From: a virus
Lineage: Duplodnaviria; Caudoviricetes
IMG/VR virus record: IMGVR_UViG_3300037067_013225
Span: 64,001-128,000 of that record
DNA: 64,000 nt
Reading direction: 5' to 3' (one strand)
The position numbers were made by a program, and so were the translations under genes. Positions 19,080 to 26,892 of this stretch are shown here, in pieces (within the stretch, counting starts at the first letter, position 1; each line of letters starts with the position of its first letter). Under the pieces are notes generated by a model. The model saw only the letters and a list, made by a program, of their open reading frames with translations. It was not told the origin of the DNA and searched no databases.

Positions 19080-19529
19080 CTATTCCCTTATTTTATTCAG
19101 TTTAGAGATAATTTCATTGCGCTGCAACTCACCCACATTTCTAAATTCGGTAGTTTTATCTTTGTGGATGAATACCGTTACAGGAATCGTTTCTGCATCA
19201 TATAGGGATACGGCACGATCTGAAAAACCAAATATCCAGGGATATTTCTGATCATGGATATATTTTACGGGATTACCTTGTTTGTCTACCGCGATACTGA
19301 TAAATGTGATATCTTTATAATCCGGATATATTTTGTTTAGTGTTTTTAATTCGCTCAAGCAATACGGACACCACATCGCGAAAAAATTTAACATTATAGG
19401 TTGGTCATAGTCGGATAATTTTGACTCATTCCCATTAAACGTAATAAAATCGAAATCTGGGGCGATTTTAGTTGCGCTAACTAGGAGAAGGGATACCAAT
19501 ACAGTTATGATTAGATATATTTTCCTCAT
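19080..19529 (-). CDS. Exported TlpA/ResA-like thiol-disulfide oxidoreductase
   Basis: Hydrophobic N-terminal signal, APDF, NFFAMWCPYC..E, cis-Pro motif TIPVT. Confidence 0.85.
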   Translation of the reverse strand: MRKIYLIITVLVSLLLVSATKIAPDFDFITFNGNESKLSDYDQPIMLNFFAMWCPYCLSELKTLNKIYPDYKDITFISIAVDKQGNPVKYIHDQKYPWIFGFSDRAVSLYDAETIPVTVFIHKDKTTEFRNVGELQRNEIISKLNKIRE

Positions 19530-20202
19530 GAATATATTTTGCCCAACTACACATTGAAATTGGGTAAAGGGATTTCAAAATTTTATAGATTTCTTTAGCA
19601 TATTGACGGATTTCATATTGCGCATGATCGTCTAGGCGCAATTTTAAAAAGCGAATCCAATTGAATAAATTGGCACTGATATATGCTGAGGTATAAATAT
19701 TCACAGGCAACACACATCGCGCTAATTCTTTGGACGTACCCATATCAATTAGCGTTTGATACGAGGATAGAGCCTCGTTAGAGGCAGCAATTAGTAATTC
19801 ACGAGCACCATGCGCCACCGATGCGTCTTTGATTGCGCCTTGGGCTTGTATGGAGGTCTTAGACTGCTCTATTTGTAGGCGTTCCAGAGTGGGGATGTAG
19901 AATTCGTTCCAGATTTTCGAAGAAAATCTACCACTAACGAAATTGAAACTCTGAGTTCTGTGCCTGGTCCACTGATTTGCTACAAAAAGCGGCATTTTGA
20001 CGCGGAAAGTAACAAAGCACTGCTCAAATGGACCGGAATGCATGTTTGCGGCCAAATATTCCAATAATTGTTCATCCTTGGCTCTACTAAATTCGGTAGA
20101 TCGCCGTCCAGCCTCAACACTAACTCGTGCGGCATCACAAACTAACTCATCGCTGCCAACACACTGAATTAACTCTATAGATCCATGATCTAGAACATCC
20201 AT
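19477..20202 (-). CDS. thyX: Flavin-dependent thymidylate synthase
   Basis: AARVS, HSGPFEQ, RHRTQSFNFVSGRF (RHRx7SxR), KELARCVLP, LRL..HAQYEIR. Confidence 0.95.
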   Translation of the reverse strand: MDVLDHGSIELIQCVGSDELVCDAARVSVEAGRRSTEFSRAKDEQLLEYLAANMHSGPFEQCFVTFRVKMPLFVANQWTRHRTQSFNFVSGRFSSKIWNEFYIPTLERLQIEQSKTSIQAQGAIKDASVAHGARELLIAASNEALSSYQTLIDMGTSKELARCVLPVNIYTSAYISANLFNWIRFLKLRLDDHAQYEIRQYAKEIYKILKSLYPISMCSWAKYIHEENISNHNCIGIPSPS

Positions 20203-20205
20203 ATA

Positions 20206-20505
20206 TCATCCCCACAAAAATAACACTAGACGCGCAAATGGATTGCGTAATGTATTGTTGCTAGATAGTTTAAACCCCACATAGCAGACAATTTCTAGAG
20301 GGTTATTTCTATCTGCACGAACAATCATATCATATCCTTGTAATTCATTGCTACATTGATTATAATATACTTCCGTTCCACGCACAGATCCGACATGTAT
20401 TGCGTTTTTGGCGACGTCTTTGTAAAATAATTCCGGATCTTCACCAATATTAAATTTCGTCATTACCTTTTCTGCGCCATCGACGCACATGATTTTATAT
20501 TCCAT
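20206..20505 (-). CDS. Hypothetical protein
   Basis: 99-aa ORF with AAGGAG ribosome-binding site. Confidence 0.6.
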   Translation of the reverse strand: MEYKIMCVDGAEKVMTKFNIGEDPELFYKDVAKNAIHVGSVRGTEVYYNQCSNELQGYDMIVRADRNNPLEIVCYVGFKLSSNNTLRNPFARLVLFLWG

Positions 20506-20543
20506 TGTTTCTCCTTGGGTATAATATTTTGCTACCTACCGTT

Positions 20544-20562
20544 GCCCGCGAAAGCGGGCTTT
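20544..20562. terminator. GC-rich hairpin GCCCGC-GAAA-GCGGGC followed by TTT on the + strand
   Basis: Perfect 6-bp stem with a GNRA loop, next to the stop codon of ORF 20561..21019. Confidence 0.55.
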
Positions 20563-21019
20563 AATTTAATTCCAGTTTGAAATTTTTGCCATCATAAGAT
20601 TGTTGCAAAGATATCCTTTTCACATTTAGCGGAGTATAATGTTCATCATTCCGCATAAATCTGATATATTTTGGAGCATTTTCTATAAATACGCATGTTT
20701 GATTATCTTTATCAAATTCAACGTAATAAAATAGCATTTCGATTCTAATAAATGGGTTGCTAATTGTTACTTCCGCTTCCTGCCGTGCCTGGAAACCGCG
20801 TACTCTTGGTTTGGTTTGGCAATCCCACATCTCCGCTAATTCCATCTTACTGTTAGCTACAGCGATATGAGGATATTGACGTTTGAGCCAAGCACGGATC
20901 TGCTCTCCATTAATAAGAAGCGCAGCACTTTCAGATGCCTCCATGGAAAGGGCTAGCGTTATATATTCCTCTTCGTCATAGAGAAAGCTAAATGTATATG
21001 GTGTTTTAACAACAGTCAT
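20561..21019 (-). CDS. Hypothetical protein
   Basis: GGAGG RBS and ATG at 21019. The track start at 21061 lies inside the promoter. Confidence 0.65.
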   Translation of the reverse strand: MTVVKTPYTFSFLYDEEEYITLALSMEASESAALLINGEQIRAWLKRQYPHIAVANSKMELAEMWDCQTKPRVRGFQARQEAEVTISNPFIRIEMLFYYVEFDKDNQTCVFIENAPKYIRFMRNDEHYTPLNVKRISLQQSYDGKNFKLELN

Positions 21020-21040
21020 GTGTTCCTCCGAGAATAACCA

Positions 21041-21069
21041 ATTATACCACGCGCGCTCCAAAAAGTCAA
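21041..21069 (-). promoter_or_regulatory. sigma70-type promoter
   Basis: TTGACT (21069-21064), 17 nt, TG-n-TATAAT (21046-21041). Confidence 0.8.
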
Positions 21070-21089
21070 GGTGTGGGTATGATATTCGC

Positions 21090-21245
21090 GTGGCAAAAGA
21101 AATACGGATTTGTTATGCGAAGTCAAGTAGAGCCTGGGTGTGGGAAATCTGGGACGATGAAAGTCTACTGGATGAGGGGCTGGAGGACGAAATAACTGAT
21201 GCCTTTGAAGCCGCCAGGTTTGTTCTAGAGAACGATGATGACTGA
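21090..21245 (+). CDS. Small acidic hypothetical protein
   Basis: In frame with track ORF 21018..21245. The GTG at 21090 follows GGGTATGAT (21075-21083). Confidence 0.45.
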   Translation: MAKEIRICYAKSSRAWVWEIWDDESLLDEGLEDEITDAFEAARFVLENDDD

Positions 21246-21744
21246 CAAACTTCTTGTTTCATCGATTCCAACAAGAGAATGGAGCTATGCGGATATTCTC
21301 AAGTGGTTGTTTGAGATACGTAGGTCTTGGAATATAAATAATGTTGTCGCAACCACACCGGAACAACTAAGAGATAAGTTAAAAAAGACTGAAGTTCTAG
21401 CTTATATTTATGAGCATTTTTACACAGCAGAACAAATTAAATTAGCAGAGCTAGAGGCTCTACCAAGATACGATTGTTACGATATAATGTATGTAGGGTC
21501 TGATGGCGTTATTAAGATTACTCATAACGGACAGTATGCTATTTTCGCCAAAGGCGTCCTGTATACTTTTTACGATGTTCATGACCCGTTAGTGCAAGAA
21601 ATACTAATCAATTATGTTGATCAATTTACGATATCGGGGCGTAATTATTATTCATACGAAAGTAATCTTATCGATATGAAACACAAAATGCATTTTAAAG
21701 AAAAAGATAAGATATCATCGGATCGATTTTTCCAGGTATATTAG
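21235..21744 (+). CDS. Hypothetical protein
   Basis: 169-aa ORF overlapping the upstream stop. Confidence 0.6.
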   Translation: MMTDKLLVSSIPTREWSYADILKWLFEIRRSWNINNVVATTPEQLRDKLKKTEVLAYIYEHFYTAEQIKLAELEALPRYDCYDIMYVGSDGVIKITHNGQYAIFAKGVLYTFYDVHDPLVQEILINYVDQFTISGRNYYSYESNLIDMKHKMHFKEKDKISSDRFFQVY

Positions 21745-21751
21745 GAGACAT

Positions 21752-22141
21752 ATGGTAGAGCAACGGCAATGCCGTAAATGTAATACGTTTCGTCCAGTGA
21801 CCGATTTTTATGGAAATGCTCCGATTTGCAAATATTGCAACAGGAATAAAGCCAAAGATCGCCGTGTACAATCCAGAACCACAAATCTTAAACGGGTGCT
21901 GGAATATTTGTTAGCTCATCCATGCGTTGATTGTGGCGAAAAAGATCCCGTTGTTTTAGAATTCGATCATATTCGCGGTGAAAAACGATTTACTATCGGG
22001 AGCCATTTATGGTTTCCGTGGAATAAGATTAAATCCGAAATAGATAAATGTGATGTTAGATGTTCCAACTGTCATAAGCGTCGTCACGCTAGAGAAAATT
22101 GCACATCTATGTTCAAATTAAGCAACGGATATAAAGACTAG
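21752..22141 (+). CDS. HNH-type endonuclease with zinc fingers
   Basis: CRKC...CKYC; PCVDCGE.DPVVLEFDH...EIDKCDVRCSNCHKRRH. Confidence 0.8.
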   Translation: MVEQRQCRKCNTFRPVTDFYGNAPICKYCNRNKAKDRRVQSRTTNLKRVLEYLLAHPCVDCGEKDPVVLEFDHIRGEKRFTIGSHLWFPWNKIKSEIDKCDVRCSNCHKRRHARENCTSMFKLSNGYKD

Positions 22142-23079
22142 ATATCTATTTCATATTTGGCGAAAGTTTGTTCGTTTGGATTTGCGTCGGGTCTCATTTT
22201 ATTAAATCGTGGATGTCTTATGGTCCCAGATTTAAACATCTCTTGTCCCGATATTTCACACACTTCGCCGATATATTTTCGTGTATTTAGATCTTTGTAA
22301 AATGTATGACGGTATTCGTCCGTTAATCCGCCACAACTACAACAATGACATAAATTTCCATTGCGATCAAAAAGACCAAGTTCTAACGTCGCGATGCCAT
22401 TACCTAGGAATTTTTTAGATGTACTTGCGGTGTAATCCATTATAACGAAATCCCATGTTTCTACGGCTTTCATTTTTGCCCATGATAAGTGGTGGTATAA
22501 ACCGCATTGAGCTTTTACGATAATACCCTCTGCACCATCTTGTCTGGCAATTTCGAAGGCCATTTGCGAATTATCGGCTCTTATTGTTGGGCATAGTTTG
22601 ACAAATGGATCATCTATGGCTAGCGATTCTAGAAGAAATCTTCTTTCCGAATATGGATGTTTTCTTAAATCTATGATATCAAGATTTCTATACTGTATGA
22701 TATCGAAAATATAATACTTGAGCGGAGCCGTTTGCTGTTGTAGTTCGATGGCTCGTTCTGGAGAGCTTCCAATGATCGAAGTTACCATATTGCTTCCGCC
22801 AAAATCAGACATCAATTCTCCGTCAAAAACGATATCTTTCCCCAAAGATTTCATAAAATTATTTAATTGTGGGCAATGTTGAATTTTATCCAGCATTTTA
22901 TCGTTATAGACAGATCGCCTACGTCCAGTTAGCCGAATATTATTATTGATTTTGGACAATATTTGCCTAGCGCCGTCTAGCTTCACTTCATATGAGCATA
23001 CACCCATTTTCTCCACTCTCTCAACTTTTCCTCCAACTGGGATCGGAGTGAAATCTAGTGGGTCTATCCATTCTGTCAT
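22138..23079 (-). CDS. ATP-dependent DNA ligase (compact type)
   Basis: Motif I EVKLDGAR, motif III FDGEL, IFDII, EGIIVK, and the OB-domain motif IRHPRF..MRPD. Confidence 0.9.
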   Translation of the reverse strand: MTEWIDPLDFTPIPVGGKVERVEKMGVCSYEVKLDGARQILSKINNNIRLTGRRRSVYNDKMLDKIQHCPQLNNFMKSLGKDIVFDGELMSDFGGSNMVTSIIGSSPERAIELQQQTAPLKYYIFDIIQYRNLDIIDLRKHPYSERRFLLESLAIDDPFVKLCPTIRADNSQMAFEIARQDGAEGIIVKAQCGLYHHLSWAKMKAVETWDFVIMDYTASTSKKFLGNGIATLELGLFDRNGNLCHCCSCGGLTDEYRHTFYKDLNTRKYIGEVCEISGQEMFKSGTIRHPRFNKMRPDANPNEQTFAKYEIDI

Positions 23080-23382
23080 TTAAAAATCCACTTCCTTGAA
23101 ATCTTTGTAAGCGGAACAAAACCAATCCAAAGCCTCTACAAAAGAACCACATTCAATTACAGGTGTACAGTTATTCATTTCATCCCGATGATATCTATAT
23201 ATGGAACATTTTGGATTGCACTTTTTATCATAAAGTATATATTTATCAAACAAGATATATCCAAGATATTGTTCGCCCATAAATATGTTTGATTCGTGAT
23301 CTCTACCGTCAGCGCGATATTGTGTGCGAAAGGATCTGTAACGCGGTTCTTCATACGATATCATTTCGTAATCTGTATACAT
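23080..23382 (-). CDS. Hypothetical early protein with C-terminal VDF tag (ends FKEVDF)
   Basis: 100 aa; abuts the ligase start. Confidence 0.7.
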   Translation of the reverse strand: MYTDYEMISYEEPRYRSFRTQYRADGRDHESNIFMGEQYLGYILFDKYILYDKKCNPKCSIYRYHRDEMNNCTPVIECGSFVEALDWFCSAYKDFKEVDF

Positions 23383-23984
23383 TAGAAATCGATCTCCTGG
23401 AATTCTTTTAAATCAAAGTTTAGGGTAGCAATGGCGATATCAGTGAAGTTTATGCTCGGATTAACTTCCGCTGCATAATAAGCAGCATCAGCAGCAAGAA
23501 TAGTAGCGTTAGCATAAGCGGCACGAACAGCAGCATCAGCAGCCCAAACAACAGAATCATTAGTAGCACGGGCGGCAGTCCGAAGCTTGCTTGAGAGATC
23601 TCTTGCGGTTTCGAAGCTTCGATCCGTTCCATTGATCCAGTTCTCCGCCCACGACACAAATATAGGTTCGTCACACACGGCTAGCGCGCATTGAATCGCA
23701 AACCAAATGCGCTGATTTGTAGAGAATTCCGGCACATAGGTCTCTCTTAAGAGTGTGAACTCACCGCTAGAGTGTAGAAAATCATTTCCTTTGCCAGATG
23801 CTTCGAAAATCTTAAAATGTTTGCCAGATGCTTCGAAAATCTTAAAATGGTCGAACGTATCATATGCGAGTTGCACAAGCACGGCTAGCTCCGGGCTGGC
23901 GTAAGCAAAACCGGAACGTGGTTTCCCGATTTCCCACAAACCATCATTGTGCATATTTTCGTCTGTGATCACGTACATGTTCAT
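23382..23984 (-). CDS. Ala-rich helical phage protein with C-terminal IDF tag; paralog of 2271..2849
   Basis: 200 aa, ends FQEIDF, has an internal 10-aa tandem duplication. Confidence 0.75.
   Translation of the reverse strand: MNMYVITDENMHNDGLWEIGKPRSGFAYASPELAVLVQLAYDTFDHFKIFEASGKHFKIFEASGKGNDFLHSSGEFTLLRETYVPEFSTNQRIWFAIQCALAVCDEPIFVSWAENWINGTDRSFETARDLSSKLRTAARATNDSVVWAADAAVRAAYANATILAADAAYYAAEVNPSINFTDIAIATLNFDLKEFQEIDF
23791..23850. repeat. 30-bp tandem duplication (HFKIFEASGK x2)
   Basis: ttgccagatgcttcgaaaatcttaaaatg occurs at 23791 and again at 23821. Confidence 0.95.
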
Positions 23985-24262
23985 CAGAAATCAATTTCCG
24001 TTAATTCGTATTCTTTACATTTTATTACCGGTATGCCCCATAATAGATGAGGTATCACTGACATTTTTTGGATTATCTCACATTGTTTTGGTTCCGCGTT
24101 TATTACGATTTGGGCGTTATTGTTCTGATTTTTTATAGAAAGAATTTGTGAACATATATTTGCGAATATTTCATTTGCGGTCATGCAAAGAGGATCAACA
24201 TACACCGTGTTTATACCGTCTGATACACCATCATCCAGCCTCGGCTCTAAGAAATTTTCCAT
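23984..24262 (-). CDS. Hypothetical early protein with C-terminal IDF tag (ends YELTEIDF)
   Basis: ATG at 24262 is 7 nt after the -10 box. The track start TTG at 24298 is the -35 box. Confidence 0.7.
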   Translation of the reverse strand: MENFLEPRLDDGVSDGINTVYVDPLCMTANEIFANICSQILSIKNQNNNAQIVINAEPKQCEIIQKMSVIPHLLWGIPVIKCKEYELTEIDF

Positions 24263-24269
24263 CCGGGAC

Positions 24270-24298
24270 ACTATACCATATCTAAACGAGTTTGTCAA
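24270..24298 (-). promoter_or_regulatory. sigma70-type early promoter, probably leaderless
   Basis: TTGACA (24298-24293), 17 nt, TG-n-TATAGT (24275-24270). Confidence 0.8.
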
Positions 24299-24303
24299 GC
24301 GTT

Positions 24304-24313
24304 GGGGTAAGAT
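24304..24313 (+). promoter_or_regulatory. Candidate late promoter GGGGTAAGAT heading the structural operon
   Basis: Motif shared with 49480, 58972 and 6952(-). Confidence 0.5.
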
Positions 24314-24367
24314 GGGATTGTGAAAGATAACATTCTCAGAGATGGCAGGAAGTAAGGAGATTCTACA

Positions 24368-25096
24368 ATGACGTTAATTCCAATTGGTGCAACACTTGGG
24401 TTGCGGTTCGGAAATGATGCCGTAGTTTCAAGAACCGAAATAGAATATTGCACATTAGATCAGATTAAAACATATCTATGGAATCTAGATCTGGATCTAA
24501 AAGGGATCGATGGAGATCCCGAAGATGAAATAAAACGCACATTATCATCCGTAAAAGGGCAAGTAAACGGATGGTGTAAAAACGATTTCAACTATGTGCA
24601 ACGTAGCGAATGGCATGATGGTAGAGCGCAAGATACCATTGTATTGCGATATGCTCCCGTGGTCGATTTAGAATACGTTCGCGCATATAATATCGATTAC
24701 CAGCAATTTTATCAATACACCGGCGACGAAATGATTGTAAGAAATCGTACAGGAATGATTCAGTTCCCCCCGCTATACATTATGAGCAATCCTTATAGAG
24801 CCATCGGCGCATCTTTGAGCGGATTTACCTTTTTCCCCGGTAAAGCTAATATCCAGTTTTTATACACGAGTGGTTTTATGGATTCAGAAGTCCCGCCGGA
24901 GTTTTCAGATGCGGTGGCAAAATGGACGGCGGGACAAATACTGCGCCACGCGGAACTAAAACTCTTTGAAGGCATGCGGCAACGAATCGTCAACGGCACG
25001 CAAGAAACGGGCGGTGGATATAGTAAAATGGGTGATCAATATATCGAGGAGGCGAAGAAATCGCTCCTGCAATTTAGAAGGATCACAATTTGGTAA
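24368..25096 (+). CDS. Head-tail adaptor / neck protein
   Basis: First gene of the structural operon. E.HDG...IVLR..PV and FPGKANIQFLYTSGF..VP.E...AV resemble head-tail connector proteins. Confidence 0.65.
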   Translation: MTLIPIGATLGLRFGNDAVVSRTEIEYCTLDQIKTYLWNLDLDLKGIDGDPEDEIKRTLSSVKGQVNGWCKNDFNYVQRSEWHDGRAQDTIVLRYAPVVDLEYVRAYNIDYQQFYQYTGDEMIVRNRTGMIQFPPLYIMSNPYRAIGASLSGFTFFPGKANIQFLYTSGFMDSEVPPEFSDAVAKWTAGQILRHAELKLFEGMRQRIVNGTQETGGGYSKMGDQYIEEAKKSLLQFRRITIW

Positions 25097-25752
25097 AAGA
25101 AAAATATTGCGCTGGATGCGATAAGGTAAAGTCATATTCTGAATTTGGCGTGTGCCGTCGCAATACAACGGGTATTCAAAGTAGATGTCTCGAATGTCAA
25201 GCGGCATATCAGAAAAATCGCTGGGCCAGAATGACGCAGGAAGAGCGCAATATGGAATATGCCAAAAATAGAGACAGACAATTGCAATATTATAAGGACA
25301 GGCGCTTAAAGATGACGGAATGCGATTACGAGAGAGAACGAGCACAGGATCGAGCCTTATATTGGGCCAACCCTGAAAAGTTTCTCACCAAAGATCGTGT
25401 ATATTACCATGAGAATCGTGAAAAATCTATCTCTAGGGTTAGAAGATGGCAAAAGTGCAATCCCGACAAGGTTAAAATTTATTCTCAATTGGCCTACCAT
25501 CGTCGTCACGCACATGGTGGAATTAATTTTGATGATATAAGATATCTAATAGAATCGCAACCATTATGTCCGTATTGCAACGATCTCCTTACCGAAGATA
25601 ATCGCTCCATAGATCATATCGTACCTGTTGTTAAGGGCGGAACGAATGATTTGTATAATTTAACCTTGTGTTGCAAGCCGTGCAACTCCTCTAAGAATAA
25701 GAAAACACTATTATATTGGTTGAATATTAGATCTGATGCGATCACGAGATGA
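25090..25752 (+). CDS. HNH homing endonuclease inserted between neck genes
   Basis: CAGC...CLEC zinc finger; CPYC...SIDHIVPVVKGGTND..NL..CCKPCNSSK. Confidence 0.85.
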   Translation: MVKEKYCAGCDKVKSYSEFGVCRRNTTGIQSRCLECQAAYQKNRWARMTQEERNMEYAKNRDRQLQYYKDRRLKMTECDYERERAQDRALYWANPEKFLTKDRVYYHENREKSISRVRRWQKCNPDKVKIYSQLAYHRRHAHGGINFDDIRYLIESQPLCPYCNDLLTEDNRSIDHIVPVVKGGTNDLYNLTLCCKPCNSSKNKKTLLYWLNIRSDAITR

Positions 25753-26345
25753 ATATTTTTTCTTTCGGTATGAAATGCGCTACGACATCCATCGGAATGA
25801 TATTTGCCGTTCCGATATCGGACAGTGTAAGCGAACTCTCCACCATCCAAGGCTCTAAAATTACATCATTCGCAGCGCGTGTATATGATACTCGTGTGCA
25901 TGGTAGGAGATTGTTACGTTTATGTAATCGACGCGGTAAACCATGCTATTATTATTCCGCATATTATGTATCTCCGGATAGGAAAGATCCATATACTGGA
26001 ACGATAAATTTATCTGGAACATTAGTAGAGCGAGAGCTGAGCAGTGGGCGCATAGATTCGGAGTCGAATCCCCGTGTTGGATATATGCCGCCCGTGTTTA
26101 TGAAGATTTTGGAGCCAACATACAACACGCAACGTATTACTGATGAAAAAGGTGAATCTGCCGTGGAAGAGGCTATGGTGACGTTTCCTCCGGTATTTTT
26201 GCCGCGCCGTTGGGATCGTTTTAAAATCGGTGTATTTAATCATATCGTAGTAGAGGAACCAAAAGTAATGTACGATAATAAAGGGTTTGTCTTGGGATAT
26301 CTATTGCGTGTACGATCTCTAACGCCTGCCCTGATAGAATATTAA
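25749..26345 (+). CDS. Probable head-closure / neck protein
   Basis: Position after the adaptor, plausible size and beta-rich sequence. Confidence 0.4.
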   Translation: MNIFSFGMKCATTSIGMIFAVPISDSVSELSTIQGSKITSFAARVYDTRVHGRRLLRLCNRRGKPCYYYSAYYVSPDRKDPYTGTINLSGTLVERELSSGRIDSESNPRVGYMPPVFMKILEPTYNTQRITDEKGESAVEEAMVTFPPVFLPRRWDRFKIGVFNHIVVEEPKVMYDNKGFVLGYLLRVRSLTPALIEY

Positions 26346-26890
26346 TGTTAGATTATAGTTTTTTGCACAGCTTTAACAACAATATTAGAACCGCTGCTGC
26401 CAGACAGAAGGTTAATGAGATCATTCGATCTGCCGAATTAAAGGCAAAATTTGATATTTATTTGCGGGGTAATAGATTTCGTACTACGGCATCCATGATA
26501 GCAGATAACACTCTACTAAAATTACGCAATATGATCTATTTCCACTATCAAGATACGGGAATCATGGCATACAAGATTCCAGATTTGGGTATCGAGGACG
26601 ATTTTTCTTTCGAATTTGTGGGAAATGAGGAATATGAGAGTCGGGTGTTCGATAAATTCTTTGAACGGGGTAGAATATATACGAGTCAGGATAAATCGAT
26701 TATCCCCACTCCGAGAGAAGAGGCACGCGGTGAAACCGGATTGCGTTTCCGTACATCCAAGGGTGAAACAATATTGGGTGATCCGTTTATTGATGAATTC
26801 ATTCAAGATGAAATGGCTTTAGGTTCTCAATTTTTGGCTTCAGCTTATGAATACGATGCACACATATTCCTTCAAATGGCGAGTTTATAA
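26345..26890 (+). CDS. Probable neck / tail-completion protein
   Basis: Synteny only. Confidence 0.35.
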   Translation: MLDYSFLHSFNNNIRTAAARQKVNEIIRSAELKAKFDIYLRGNRFRTTASMIADNTLLKLRNMIYFHYQDTGIMAYKIPDLGIEDDFSFEFVGNEEYESRVFDKFFERGRIYTSQDKSIIPTPREEARGETGLRFRTSKGETILGDPFIDEFIQDEMALGSQFLASAYEYDAHIFLQMASL

Positions 26891-26892
26891 AA

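Noticed and set aside
22138-22160. Ligase C-terminus YEIDI and Gmd C-terminus LNEF as IDF-tag members
   Set aside because: The ligase lacks the terminal Phe and Gmd lacks the [IV]D. They are not counted, though the ligase end may be a degenerate version.
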